Sequence record: SRR20825006_226
DNA length: 64,000 nt
Strand: one strand, 5' to 3'
The notes under the pieces were generated by a model. The model did not search any database. It was not told the origin of the DNA and worked only from the letters and a program-made list of their open reading frames with translations. The first letter of the stretch is position 1. Every line of letters starts with the position of its first letter. The position numbers and the translations under genes are program-made. Below are positions 52,452-61,807 of the stretch, in pieces.

Positions 52452-53141
52452 TTATCTCGCTCCTTTTTTAAGCAATACACTTTTAACTATTGCCAGAAAT
52501 AGTTTCAAATCTAATCCAAATGATACATTCTCAACATACTGTAAATCCGTCTTCATCCAAAGCTTAAAATCAGTATGCCTTCTAAAGTATGCTTGCCAAA
52601 TACACCCTAAACCAGGCTTCATTTTAAATCTATCTAGCTCTTCTTTTTCATAATCAGAAATTGGGGTTGAAATAGGCCTAGGACCTATAATAGTCATCTC
52701 CCCCTTCAGAATATTAAATAATTGCGGGAGTTCGTCAATACTAGTCTTACGCAAGAACTTTCCTAATTTCGTAATTCTTGGATCATTATCTGATTTGAAT
52801 AACTTACCGCCTTCCATTTCATTTAGGTGGCTGATTTCATCTTGCATAAGGTGAGCACCATCAACCATAGTCCGAAATTTGTAGAGAGTAAATGGTAACC
52901 CTGAGAGCCCATATCTCTTTTGCTTAAAAATAGCACTTCCTTTAGAGTCTAATTTAACCAACAAAAAAGTAGTTACATATACTGGAGTAAGTGCAACTAC
53001 AACACACAAAGCTAGAACATACTCTACAAAATATTTAATATTTATATAAGTGCTTTCTTTTGGCTCTATATAGACTAAGGTCTTTCTCTCTCTCTTTATC
53101 CCTGAATCCTTTACATCATTTTTATACAGCAATTTTTCCAT
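52452..53141 (-). CDS. Initiating sugar transferase (polyprenyl-phosphate glycosyl-1-P transferase)
   Basis: YKFRTM, DPRITK.G.FLRKTSIDELPQL, GPRP, KPG. Confidence 0.92.
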   Translation of the reverse strand: MEKLLYKNDVKDSGIKRERKTLVYIEPKESTYINIKYFVEYVLALCVVVALTPVYVTTFLLVKLDSKGSAIFKQKRYGLSGLPFTLYKFRTMVDGAHLMQDEISHLNEMEGGKLFKSDNDPRITKLGKFLRKTSIDELPQLFNILKGEMTIIGPRPISTPISDYEKEELDRFKMKPGLGCIWQAYFRRHTDFKLWMKTDLQYVENVSFGLDLKLFLAIVKSVLLKKGAR

Positions 53142-53300
53142 GTGCTTATATCTCTTTTCAAGATTAATCTTTTTAAATATATTTGAGACGTCTCGAAATA
53201 CCCAATTTATTTATAAGATAACAAATTTAATTATCTCATTTCAATAATCAAACTAATTATATCAACTCTTAATATTACTAAATCGTAAAGTTGTTTTAGT

Positions 53301-54407
53301 TTAAGTCTTGGCTGTATGCATTTCTTCATATATACTTTCCACTTTAGAAACAGAATCTTCCCATAAGTATTCTTTCAAAACTTTTTGCCGGCCACTCTTT
53401 CCAAGTTTAGATGACAGTTCTCTGTCTTCATACAAAGTAACCATAGCATTAAAGGCTTCTAGTACACTATTCTTTGGAACTACTATACCTGTTACCTCAT
53501 TTTCAACTACTTCTTTTAACCCCCCAGCATCTGATACAATAACAGGTAATTCTACAGCCATTGCTTCTACAATAGCGACACCAAAACTTTCAGAGTCCAG
53601 TCTACTCAAAGCCATGAATACATTAAATTTTCTTAATAATTCAGGAATCTCAGAATGAAGCCTATTTCCAACAAAATCACACTCTTTTTTTATCCCTAAA
53701 CTTGATGCTAGCTTTTTCAATTTATGTAGATCAAATCCACTTCCAGCAATTATTAACTTGAATTTTTTGTCTGGATATTTCTTACAAAATTTTGAAAAAG
53801 CACGAATTAGAATATCAACCCCATATTTTGGTTTCAAACCTTTTACAGTACCAAATACAAAGTCCCATTCATTATCGAAATCGACTTTTTCTTTTGGGCA
53901 AAAAGCATCTGTATCTACTCCAAATGGAGTGATTTTAACTTCTCGCGGATTTGGCAACAAGGAATCTATTTGCTTCCGCATGATATAGCTCGTTGAACAA
54001 ACCACATCTGCCTCTTCAATATTCTTTATCACAATCCTTTTTAGGAATCTATTCTCTATATCATCATAAACATCGCTTCCCATCACCGAGAGTAAAACAG
54101 GATGGTAAGAAGAATGTCTAGCAAGGAACCCATACCCTAAAGCATAAAAACTATGAACAATATCAGGAGATAAATTTTTCACTATCTTTTTTACCGCTGG
54201 TATATTTAATACATACCCAAAAGGATTTTTGAATGGTAATTTTACTATATCAACATCAGCATTAAAAGGCTGAACACCTGAGTGCATTGTAATTACTGTA
54301 ATTTGGTGACCTTTGTCAGATAGAGCATTTGCCCACCTAACTACATGAATGGAAGCTTGAGATCCTATTATGGCAATGTGAAATTTATTTTTGTCAGACT
54401 GCTGCAT
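53301..54407 (-). CDS. GT4 family glycosyltransferase
   Basis: GSDV, PFGVD, ESFGVAIVEAMA, SDAGGLKEVV. Confidence 0.9.
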   Translation of the reverse strand: MQQSDKNKFHIAIIGSQASIHVVRWANALSDKGHQITVITMHSGVQPFNADVDIVKLPFKNPFGYVLNIPAVKKIVKNLSPDIVHSFYALGYGFLARHSSYHPVLLSVMGSDVYDDIENRFLKRIVIKNIEEADVVCSTSYIMRKQIDSLLPNPREVKITPFGVDTDAFCPKEKVDFDNEWDFVFGTVKGLKPKYGVDILIRAFSKFCKKYPDKKFKLIIAGSGFDLHKLKKLASSLGIKKECDFVGNRLHSEIPELLRKFNVFMALSRLDSESFGVAIVEAMAVELPVIVSDAGGLKEVVENEVTGIVVPKNSVLEAFNAMVTLYEDRELSSKLGKSGRQKVLKEYLWEDSVSKVESIYEEMHTAKT

Positions 54408-54410
54408 ACC

Positions 54411-55442
54411 TTAGAGTTCTTTCATTCGATCAATCTGTTCGAATATATAATCACTAGTATTAATTGACTCATTTAATACTTTCTCACGAACTAACTTATA
54501 GTCAACATTTCCAGACATAATCTCTTTTGCCTTTAAAATTGCCGAATCTATCCCTTTTTTTGACTCCTTGATTCTATGAATTATATCATACTTCTCTGCT
54601 AGGTAGTCAGTATATCCTCTACCTTCATTATCTATGTAAATCACAGGTGTGCCAAGTAATGCACTTTCAGCCCCCATTGTGGCACTTTCACCTATTACTA
54701 GCTTTGCAAAATAGATAATCTGGTGAATATCTTTTTTAGCAATTTCGAGACTATACTTCTGAAGTTGCTTAGGTAGCTCAAGCTCTGAACTAACAAATAC
54801 TTTGTATTTTTTTGCCAATTCTTCAACTAGTTCAATCTTTTGCTTAGATGTAACTCCTGAATGGCCAAAGTCATGTAAAGACTTCCGCGAGACAAACCTA
54901 AAAAGAATATAAGGTTCATCTTTCTCCACTCCCAAAATATTGAGTATTGATTCATCAGGTTTAAAGTGGCTAAAATGAAGATATGCGGCCTCCATAAATC
55001 CAGGAAATCTTCTGTGTTGCCTTCCTAGTTCTTTAGTAAAAGTAAAAGGTGTATGGACTTCAGTAGCAAATGGTATAGTAAGTTTATGGTGAAGAGAGGC
55101 AATCTCAGTATCACTAAACACTAATGATTTCGTGTTTGTTAACCAAGCCGCTTGGGCCGCGTAAGGGTGCATAAAACTGATAACTAAATCAACCTTATCC
55201 CTTCTAATAATTTTTAATAATTTAAAAACTGCAAAAAAATGGTATACCACTTTTCCGATAAAAGAATCAGCCCCTCTTCCTCTGCTTATAAAAGGAATAT
55301 CGTAGCTTTTAAGAAGATCATGTTCAATTTCTTTATTTCTTGAAACTACAATTACGGTATGACCATCCTTCTTTAATTCTAAAATACAATTTCTAAAATA
55401 ATGAACATGAGCAGGATGATTTAAATCGAATAATAAGGTCAT
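54411..55442 (-). CDS. DUF354 family (GT-B-like) protein
   Basis: HPAHVHYF, DTE, AYLH..F.PD, GESATMGAESALLGTP. Confidence 0.8.
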   Translation of the reverse strand: MTLLFDLNHPAHVHYFRNCILELKKDGHTVIVVSRNKEIEHDLLKSYDIPFISRGRGADSFIGKVVYHFFAVFKLLKIIRRDKVDLVISFMHPYAAQAAWLTNTKSLVFSDTEIASLHHKLTIPFATEVHTPFTFTKELGRQHRRFPGFMEAAYLHFSHFKPDESILNILGVEKDEPYILFRFVSRKSLHDFGHSGVTSKQKIELVEELAKKYKVFVSSELELPKQLQKYSLEIAKKDIHQIIYFAKLVIGESATMGAESALLGTPVIYIDNEGRGYTDYLAEKYDIIHRIKESKKGIDSAILKAKEIMSGNVDYKLVREKVLNESINTSDYIFEQIDRMKEL

Positions 55443-55454
55443 CAGTAATCAGAG

Positions 55455-56228
55455 TTATCCATTTCTATTAAAAATGGATTTAATTGTTAGAACAATTAAT
55501 AATGGAAGATTATTTACAATGTACCTTTTCCATAGCCTTTTTGGATCTAGAACTAATCTCCAGAGCCAAGCGAATCCAACTTTTTTGATAAATGGAGGGG
55601 GAATTAGAACCATACCAGCTTCAAAATCAAACGAAGCACCTACACCAATAGCCACTTTGACTTTTAATTCATTAAGGTGTTTATATATCCAATACTCTTG
55701 TTTTGGGGAACCAACTCCGACAAATAATATATCAACGTTTGATTTATTAATCTGCTCTATCAAATCTAAAGATTCAGATTCATTCTTTTCAAAACCAAAA
55801 GAGGGCGAAACTGCTCCAACAATATTTAACCCTTTGAATTTAGCCTCTAAACTTTCTTTCGCCCTTAGGGCAATTCCTTCTGCTGAACCTAATAAAAATA
55901 TTCTAATATCCTTGCTAGAAGACTCTTTACAGATGTTCACAAAAAGATTGGCACCTGATACCTTTTCTTTTAGCGCATTTCCTTGTTGAAGTTTACTCAG
56001 GTAAATTAAAGGTTTGCCATCTGGGACATTTAAAGAGCTACTATTTAATATTTCTTTAAAATTTTCATCTCTTGAAGCATTATATAAGAAATCTAGGTTA
56101 GGAGTTGTCACCAAATGCTTACCTGAAGAAGAAACCAAGTTAATTATAAAATCAACTGATTCTTCCATATTTACATTATCAATACGGACATCATTAATGT
56201 AAACTACTTCTTTAGTCAATATAGTCAA
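55455..56228 (-). CDS. WecB/TagA/CpsF (WecG-like) glycosyltransferase
   Basis: TPN.D, PDG, VGVGSPKQE, GASFDF, W.WRL..PKRLWKRY. Confidence 0.9.
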   Translation of the reverse strand: MTILTKEVVYINDVRIDNVNMEESVDFIINLVSSSGKHLVTTPNLDFLYNASRDENFKEILNSSSLNVPDGKPLIYLSKLQQGNALKEKVSGANLFVNICKESSSKDIRIFLLGSAEGIALRAKESLEAKFKGLNIVGAVSPSFGFEKNESESLDLIEQINKSNVDILFVGVGSPKQEYWIYKHLNELKVKVAIGVGASFDFEAGMVLIPPPFIKKVGFAWLWRLVLDPKRLWKRYIVNNLPLLIVLTIKSIFNRNG

Positions 56229-57093
56229 ACTGGTCTTTTATTTGATTCCTAATATGGTGTCTAATCATCTTCACTTCTTCTTTATTCAGCTTATGGCTAA
56301 TAAATATATTTGCATAAAAAGAATAGAATAGAAAGTATGTTGCTCTTAATATAATCGGTTTTTTTGGTATTAGCTTTAAAGCTTTTACAATATAAAAGTA
56401 AAGAGGGTATGCTCTGTTTCTATAACCTGAAACCTCTCTTTTAACACCAGCAAATATGCCACCTTCGTCAGATCTAGTTTGTGTTTCATATTTATGAAGC
56501 ACATCTAATTCATAAAATTTTTGAGTGATATAACCTTTACTTCTAGCAAATGCATCGTCAATTCCGTCCCAACCCTTAAATGGTTTAAGACCTCCAATTG
56601 CCTCAAAACACTCTTTTTTATAATACTTTGCCTGGCCTTGTGTTTTCCATCTATACTTTGATTCATAAATCTTCTGACCTTGGCTTGAGTAATGAAAAAC
56701 ATTTCCACTGGCAATACCTAGATCATCATTATCTCTAAATTTCCCGCAAATAAAATCAAAATGATTCTCTTCAATAAGCTCCGTATCAGCATCTATTTTA
56801 AGTAGAATATCCCAATCATATTCTAAATCTTTGAACATGCTAATGCCTTCATTTATTACATCAACTACATTACCACCTGTTTTCCTAACTCCAACTTTCG
56901 ATTCTCTATTTACAACTGTTATATTATCATATCCACTTAAAAGTGACTTCGCTAAAACTTCTCCATCATCATCTGATCCGTCATTTACTAAGAGCCATCT
57001 ATAATCACTATATTTTTGCTTCAGAATAGATTTTATAAAGGGCTCTAGAGTCTTTGACTCATTTTTGAAAGGAGTTATTATAGCTAATTTCAT
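56212..57093 (-). CDS. GT2 family glycosyltransferase
   Basis: ITPFKNE, VNDGSDD, KIDAD, GWDGID. Confidence 0.85.
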   Translation of the reverse strand: MKLAIITPFKNESKTLEPFIKSILKQKYSDYRWLLVNDGSDDDGEVLAKSLLSGYDNITVVNRESKVGVRKTGGNVVDVINEGISMFKDLEYDWDILLKIDADTELIEENHFDFICGKFRDNDDLGIASGNVFHYSSQGQKIYESKYRWKTQGQAKYYKKECFEAIGGLKPFKGWDGIDDAFARSKGYITQKFYELDVLHKYETQTRSDEGGIFAGVKREVSGYRNRAYPLYFYIVKALKLIPKKPIILRATYFLFYSFYANIFISHKLNKEEVKMIRHHIRNQIKDQFDYID

Positions 57094-57097
57094 AATT

Positions 57098-58393
57098 TTA
57101 ATGAGAATGCATTTTAATCAAATTGTAATTTTTATTTAACCCAAATATATAACCCGCTAACAACCCAAAAGGATACATAAACTGTACACGAAATAATATA
57201 TCTTCCCAAAGGACACCTACAGATAGAATTAGAACTAAACCAGCAGTTAACTTAGCCATTCGGATTTTAAATATTTCGTCTTTAGGCAACTTTACTACCA
57301 TTTTCATTGCCGTTTTATACACTTTAACCATAAAGTAAATCAGCATAATTACGCCGATAATCCCCATTTCAGTAATTAAGACATCTACACTATGCCTAAC
57401 GTTGAAAAAATCATTATATGGCGGATTTGGTCCAATTGGATTTGAGTTTGCACTCCCAATTCCCATTCCAAATAATGGAGATTGTTCAGAAATTATTAAG
57501 TTAATTGCATATAAAATTGAGGCTATCCTCGACAATCTACCTCTACCACTATCAGTTGCTACATAGTCAAGCATAAAAGACAATTCAAAGCCTTTAGCCT
57601 GGCTAGTTCCAAAATCTAGACTTTGATACGCAATTACATAGCCAAATGTCAAAATAATTATGATTGCGGACATTCCAATAACTCTTGACAAATTCAGTTT
57701 AGATACTCTGATTAAATAAACACTAATTACCATAAGAACGATATACATACCTTTTGATTCTGAAATAACAGAAGGTATTATGAGCAGCATTGCTATTAAA
57801 GCGAATGACACTCTTCTTTCATCAATATATCGTATAAGAAAGTAGATAATGCCAATACCAGTAACAATCGACATTAAATTTGGAGCGAACCCTCCCATAG
57901 TACCTGCAATAGCATCAAAAAATAATTGCCCTGTCCCTAATATTAATGCTTTAGCGACAAAAAATTGCCAAATACTTATTGGTATTTGAATGATTATGAG
58001 GATAAGAAGCCATTTAAACTCTCTATCCATATCTAGGCCTTTAGCTCCATAAATATACCCCACAATCATAACAGGAAGAAACGAAAAATAATATCGGACT
58101 CCTGATATTAGTATTGTGATATCATTTCCGACAGCTATAGTAACTACAAATTGAAACCCAATAAGTACCACAGTAAATAATACAGCAATCCTTGTGAATG
58201 TATATTTTTTGTACTTCAATAAAAGATAAAAAAGAAAAAGGCCCTGTAACATTTCGATAATGATTATCGACTTTTTAGGGAGAAGGCCTAAATTCAAATC
58301 CATTTTACCCAAAGTACCAGATCCATCTACCACCCAATTCAATACTAAAGCAAGAGTAAGTATTACATAGATATAATATCGTTCAAATCGCAT
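57098..58393 (-). CDS. Wzy-like polysaccharide polymerase / O-antigen ligase family
   Basis: About 11 TM segments, loop with SR..S..FGMGIG and H...EMGIIG. Confidence 0.65.
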   Translation of the reverse strand: MRFERYYIYVILTLALVLNWVVDGSGTLGKMDLNLGLLPKKSIIIIEMLQGLFLFYLLLKYKKYTFTRIAVLFTVVLIGFQFVVTIAVGNDITILISGVRYYFSFLPVMIVGYIYGAKGLDMDREFKWLLILIIIQIPISIWQFFVAKALILGTGQLFFDAIAGTMGGFAPNLMSIVTGIGIIYFLIRYIDERRVSFALIAMLLIIPSVISESKGMYIVLMVISVYLIRVSKLNLSRVIGMSAIIIILTFGYVIAYQSLDFGTSQAKGFELSFMLDYVATDSGRGRLSRIASILYAINLIISEQSPLFGMGIGSANSNPIGPNPPYNDFFNVRHSVDVLITEMGIIGVIMLIYFMVKVYKTAMKMVVKLPKDEIFKIRMAKLTAGLVLILSVGVLWEDILFRVQFMYPFGLLAGYIFGLNKNYNLIKMHSH

Positions 58394-58398
58394 TCTTC

Positions 58399-59535
58399 TT
58401 ACATACCCCTCTTTGATGAAGTAATTGTATTATAAAATGCTCGCACTTTATTCAAAAAAACATCTCCCTTATACCGCTCTTCTATTATTTTTTTGTTATT
58501 AATAGCTTGGGCTTCATTTAATGGTGTTAAGAAATCGTTTTCATTGTCTATTTGTTCAATATCAAAAATGGTTAATCCTAATTCCTGTAAAAAGGCATAA
58601 ACGGGATTAGATGTACGGATATAAACTTTCGCTCCTATACCAATCATTATCATAATGTTACCCAGAGCCTGTTGTCTAATATGATTCATAACTACGATAG
58701 AACAAGTTGACAACATTTCAAAATACTCGTCATAAGCAACAAAATCAGTTATTGGTTTAAAAGAGTTTTTGAATATCTCTTCACCCTCTTTAATTACCTC
58801 TGCTCTATAATCATTCTTCCCATAACTAAGAGGGCATAAAACCTTTCTACCTATCAACTCAAAATCTTTAAGCTGATCAAACATATCTATATGGTTATTT
58901 TCATAGGTAGCGCTATTACCAATTAGAATATTCTTACCAAGAGTGTTGAATTTTTTAGCTATCACTTCGAAATAAGAACCTCCTGATCCATAATTAAAGT
59001 CTACGAACTTGGGCTTGAACCATTTGTTCTTAGCAAGAACCAAATCATACTCAATATTTAGAACTGGTGCGAAATAAGCAACTTTATTAATCGCGTACTT
59101 TATCAAGAAAGACGAATAAAACAATTCCTTAAGATACTGTTTAATTTGACTTTTATTCTTCATGTTCGTCTTATACAACATTTTAGTTTTTGGTTCAAAT
59201 AACACCTCTCTTGAGCCAAAAATATAATCATTGTAGTCAGTGCCTAGCCCTATCCAAATAAAATTAATTTTTCTAGACGCAAGTATTAATATCCATATTT
59301 TTATAAAATCCAAGTTATGTAATATTACTGCATCATAACTTTTCATTTGATTAAAGAAACTAACTCGAAATATCTTCTTATTTGATATAATCTTTACAGG
59401 AGTCTTTTTTATATATTTTAAATTAGTACTATCAGAAATTACTAAATACTCATTATCGATATTTTCAATCCCTTCCGAATACCTGTGTGTGCTATCAATG
59501 AACTTTTCATCATTCAATATGTGAAGTATCATCAC
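58399..59535 (-). CDS. WecF-like (GT56) 4-amino-6-deoxyhexose transferase, copy 2
   Basis: DEKFID, ILIGNSA..NNH, PLSYG, NHIRQQALGN, GAKVY. Confidence 0.8.
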   Translation of the reverse strand: MMILHILNDEKFIDSTHRYSEGIENIDNEYLVISDSTNLKYIKKTPVKIISNKKIFRVSFFNQMKSYDAVILHNLDFIKIWILILASRKINFIWIGLGTDYNDYIFGSREVLFEPKTKMLYKTNMKNKSQIKQYLKELFYSSFLIKYAINKVAYFAPVLNIEYDLVLAKNKWFKPKFVDFNYGSGGSYFEVIAKKFNTLGKNILIGNSATYENNHIDMFDQLKDFELIGRKVLCPLSYGKNDYRAEVIKEGEEIFKNSFKPITDFVAYDEYFEMLSTCSIVVMNHIRQQALGNIMIMIGIGAKVYIRTSNPVYAFLQELGLTIFDIEQIDNENDFLTPLNEAQAINNKKIIEERYKGDVFLNKVRAFYNTITSSKRGM

Positions 59536-59595
59536 TAATCAACCATCATAATTTATCCTTAAACATTGACAATTAATACCTAGTTTTTAATTCAT

Positions 59596-60720
59596 TTACT
59601 CAACTATGGTTGAGTAAAAAGTTGAAATCTTTTTCTCAAACTTATCAATCGCATAAAGATCTCGCATTGTATTCTTATTGTGCTCTATTTCATCTGCTGT
59701 TAGCTTTCTAAGGAAATCTCTTTCACCTTTAATATCTTCTATTGCAAATATTATATAGCCAAGACCTTTTAAATAGCCGAATAATTGGTTCTCCTTTCTT
59801 AAATATATTTTAGCCCCCATACTAATCATAATCATGATGTTACCAGCTGCTTGTTGGCGAATATGGTTCATAACCACTATAGAACAGCTAGATAATAGAC
59901 TTTTATATTCGTCGAATTTCATGAAATCGGTAATACCTTTGAATTTTTTTGAAAAGTATTCTTCGCCTTTTTTTAGTACAATCTCTTTATACTCACTTCT
60001 TCCATAGCTCAGAGGACAAATTAACTCACTTTCATTAAATTTGAAGCCTCTAATTCTTTCAAAGAAATCTAAGTGATTATTTTCATATGTAGCACTATTC
60101 CCAATTAATATTGAATTCCCGAGTACATAATTTTTATTTAAAGATTGGTTGTTCTTTATTTTTCCTGTACCGTAATTAAAGTCTACAAATTTTGGTTTAA
60201 ACCATTTTTGTTCCTTACACACCATTTCATGTTCATATTCAACTACTGGAGCAAAGTAGTTAATCTTATTGATAGCTTTTCTAACTAAAAAGCTTTGGTA
60301 AAATACTTGTTTGATTCGATCTCTAATCAAACTGTTTTTTTTAGTAAAAAGACTCCTCGTTATTGGAAGTAGTAAATCTGTTCTTTTTTTAAATATGTAT
60401 TTATAATAATCAGTACCTAACCCAATCCAAATAAAATTGATTTTTTTAGAACTAAAAAATACAAGAATGATTTTAATTAAGTCTAAATTATGAAGAATTA
60501 CTGCGTCATATTTTTCTAAATTATTTATAAAGGGTCCAAAAAATAATTCTTTGTTACTAATAATTTTAACTGGAGTTTCTTTGATATATTTTAAGTCCTT
60601 ACTTGGTGAAATAATGTAAAATTCGCTTAGGCCAGGAACAATTACTTCACTCCATCTATATGCAGAGTCAATAAATTTTTCGTCTTTTGATATATGTAGG
60701 ACTTTTTTTTCTGTATTCAC
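59596..60720 (-). CDS. WecF-like (GT56) transferase, copy 1
   Basis: DEKFID, ILIGNSATYENNH, PLSYG, NHIRQQAAGN; GTG start. Confidence 0.8.
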   Translation of the reverse strand: MNTEKKVLHISKDEKFIDSAYRWSEVIVPGLSEFYIISPSKDLKYIKETPVKIISNKELFFGPFINNLEKYDAVILHNLDLIKIILVFFSSKKINFIWIGLGTDYYKYIFKKRTDLLLPITRSLFTKKNSLIRDRIKQVFYQSFLVRKAINKINYFAPVVEYEHEMVCKEQKWFKPKFVDFNYGTGKIKNNQSLNKNYVLGNSILIGNSATYENNHLDFFERIRGFKFNESELICPLSYGRSEYKEIVLKKGEEYFSKKFKGITDFMKFDEYKSLLSSCSIVVMNHIRQQAAGNIMIMISMGAKIYLRKENQLFGYLKGLGYIIFAIEDIKGERDFLRKLTADEIEHNKNTMRDLYAIDKFEKKISTFYSTIVE

Positions 60721-60763
60721 TTTATAAACCAGTCATCAATTTCTTCACCTTTGTGTTCTACTT

Positions 60764-61777
60764 TTATACCGTTGCAATAGGTGTTAATGGAGAACCAACA
60801 GATCCTGTCAATCTGAGTGGAGGGGCAGTCAATAGAAAACGGGATCTTTTATTTTCTCTTAGCCACTCTGCAAGGTCGGCCAAATACCATAGCTCGCCTA
60901 AATGAATTCCAAGTCTAAATAAGCAGAGATCATGAATGGGTAAATTAGAACCATTGCTATCTGCAGTCACCTTTTTCCCAACTGCTTCTACTGCAAGATT
61001 ATCTGAAGCAATTGCCGCTATTCCGGAATCAGTTATCCAGTTTAATAATTTCTTATCAAATCCATTTAATACAGAACATGCAGTTTTTATGCTGGAATCA
61101 GGATTACCCTTCATACTCATAATCATTTGATCGAGGCCAGTCCATAAGCAGAGGATATCACCTTTTTCTACTTCAACTCCATCTTTTTCCATAATACGCA
61201 TCAAATCATCGTATCCTACTTCTTTTCGAGGAAAGTTTCCGTATTCGCTGAATAAATCTACGAGTACTCCCCGCCCTTGAACACCATGCTCTGCCATATT
61301 TTCAATTCCTAAAGCTTGAGCTGATGTATTTTGATCTTCATCAATAGTAACATCTTTTCCAGCTTTAAAACCATTATAGTACACGGGAACTGCTACGCCA
61401 TTGTCATTTATGTCAAAGAGTTTTCCTCTGTGTGCTAAACCATCCCACTGTGTTGAATATTGAGTATGCAATAAAACAACATCATCAGATCCGATATCTG
61501 TATGTTCAGAATTTAAACTACTCCAATCATAATTAAAATATGCAGCATTATTTCTAATAACTGGCTTTAAAATGGGTGGTTTCCTAACACCGTTTAAAAC
61601 TTGACCACCAGGATAATCTAAAGGTAAACTCAAACAAAATGTTTTCCCGACTTGTACTTCAGCAACACCCTGTCGAACTTTTTCTTCAGTAATCAGATTT
61701 AATCTTCCACGCTGGTCATCCTCACCAAATTCTCCCCAATTGGAGCCTTCTGGTCTTTTTACCCATCTTTTTGCCAT
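60764..61777 (-). CDS. Cyclase family (kynurenine formamidase-like) metal-dependent protein
   Basis: NWG.FG.DDQRG.LN, QYSTQWDGLAH, GRGVLVD, ASDN.AVE, H...LG..LGELW, GSP..PIA. Confidence 0.85.
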   Translation of the reverse strand: MAKRWVKRPEGSNWGEFGEDDQRGRLNLITEEKVRQGVAEVQVGKTFCLSLPLDYPGGQVLNGVRKPPILKPVIRNNAAYFNYDWSSLNSEHTDIGSDDVVLLHTQYSTQWDGLAHRGKLFDINDNGVAVPVYYNGFKAGKDVTIDEDQNTSAQALGIENMAEHGVQGRGVLVDLFSEYGNFPRKEVGYDDLMRIMEKDGVEVEKGDILCLWTGLDQMIMSMKGNPDSSIKTACSVLNGFDKKLLNWITDSGIAAIASDNLAVEAVGKKVTADSNGSNLPIHDLCLFRLGIHLGELWYLADLAEWLRENKRSRFLLTAPPLRLTGSVGSPLTPIATV

Positions 61778-61807
61778 GCTACTATCTGTAATGTCTAAAA
61801 TTATTTA

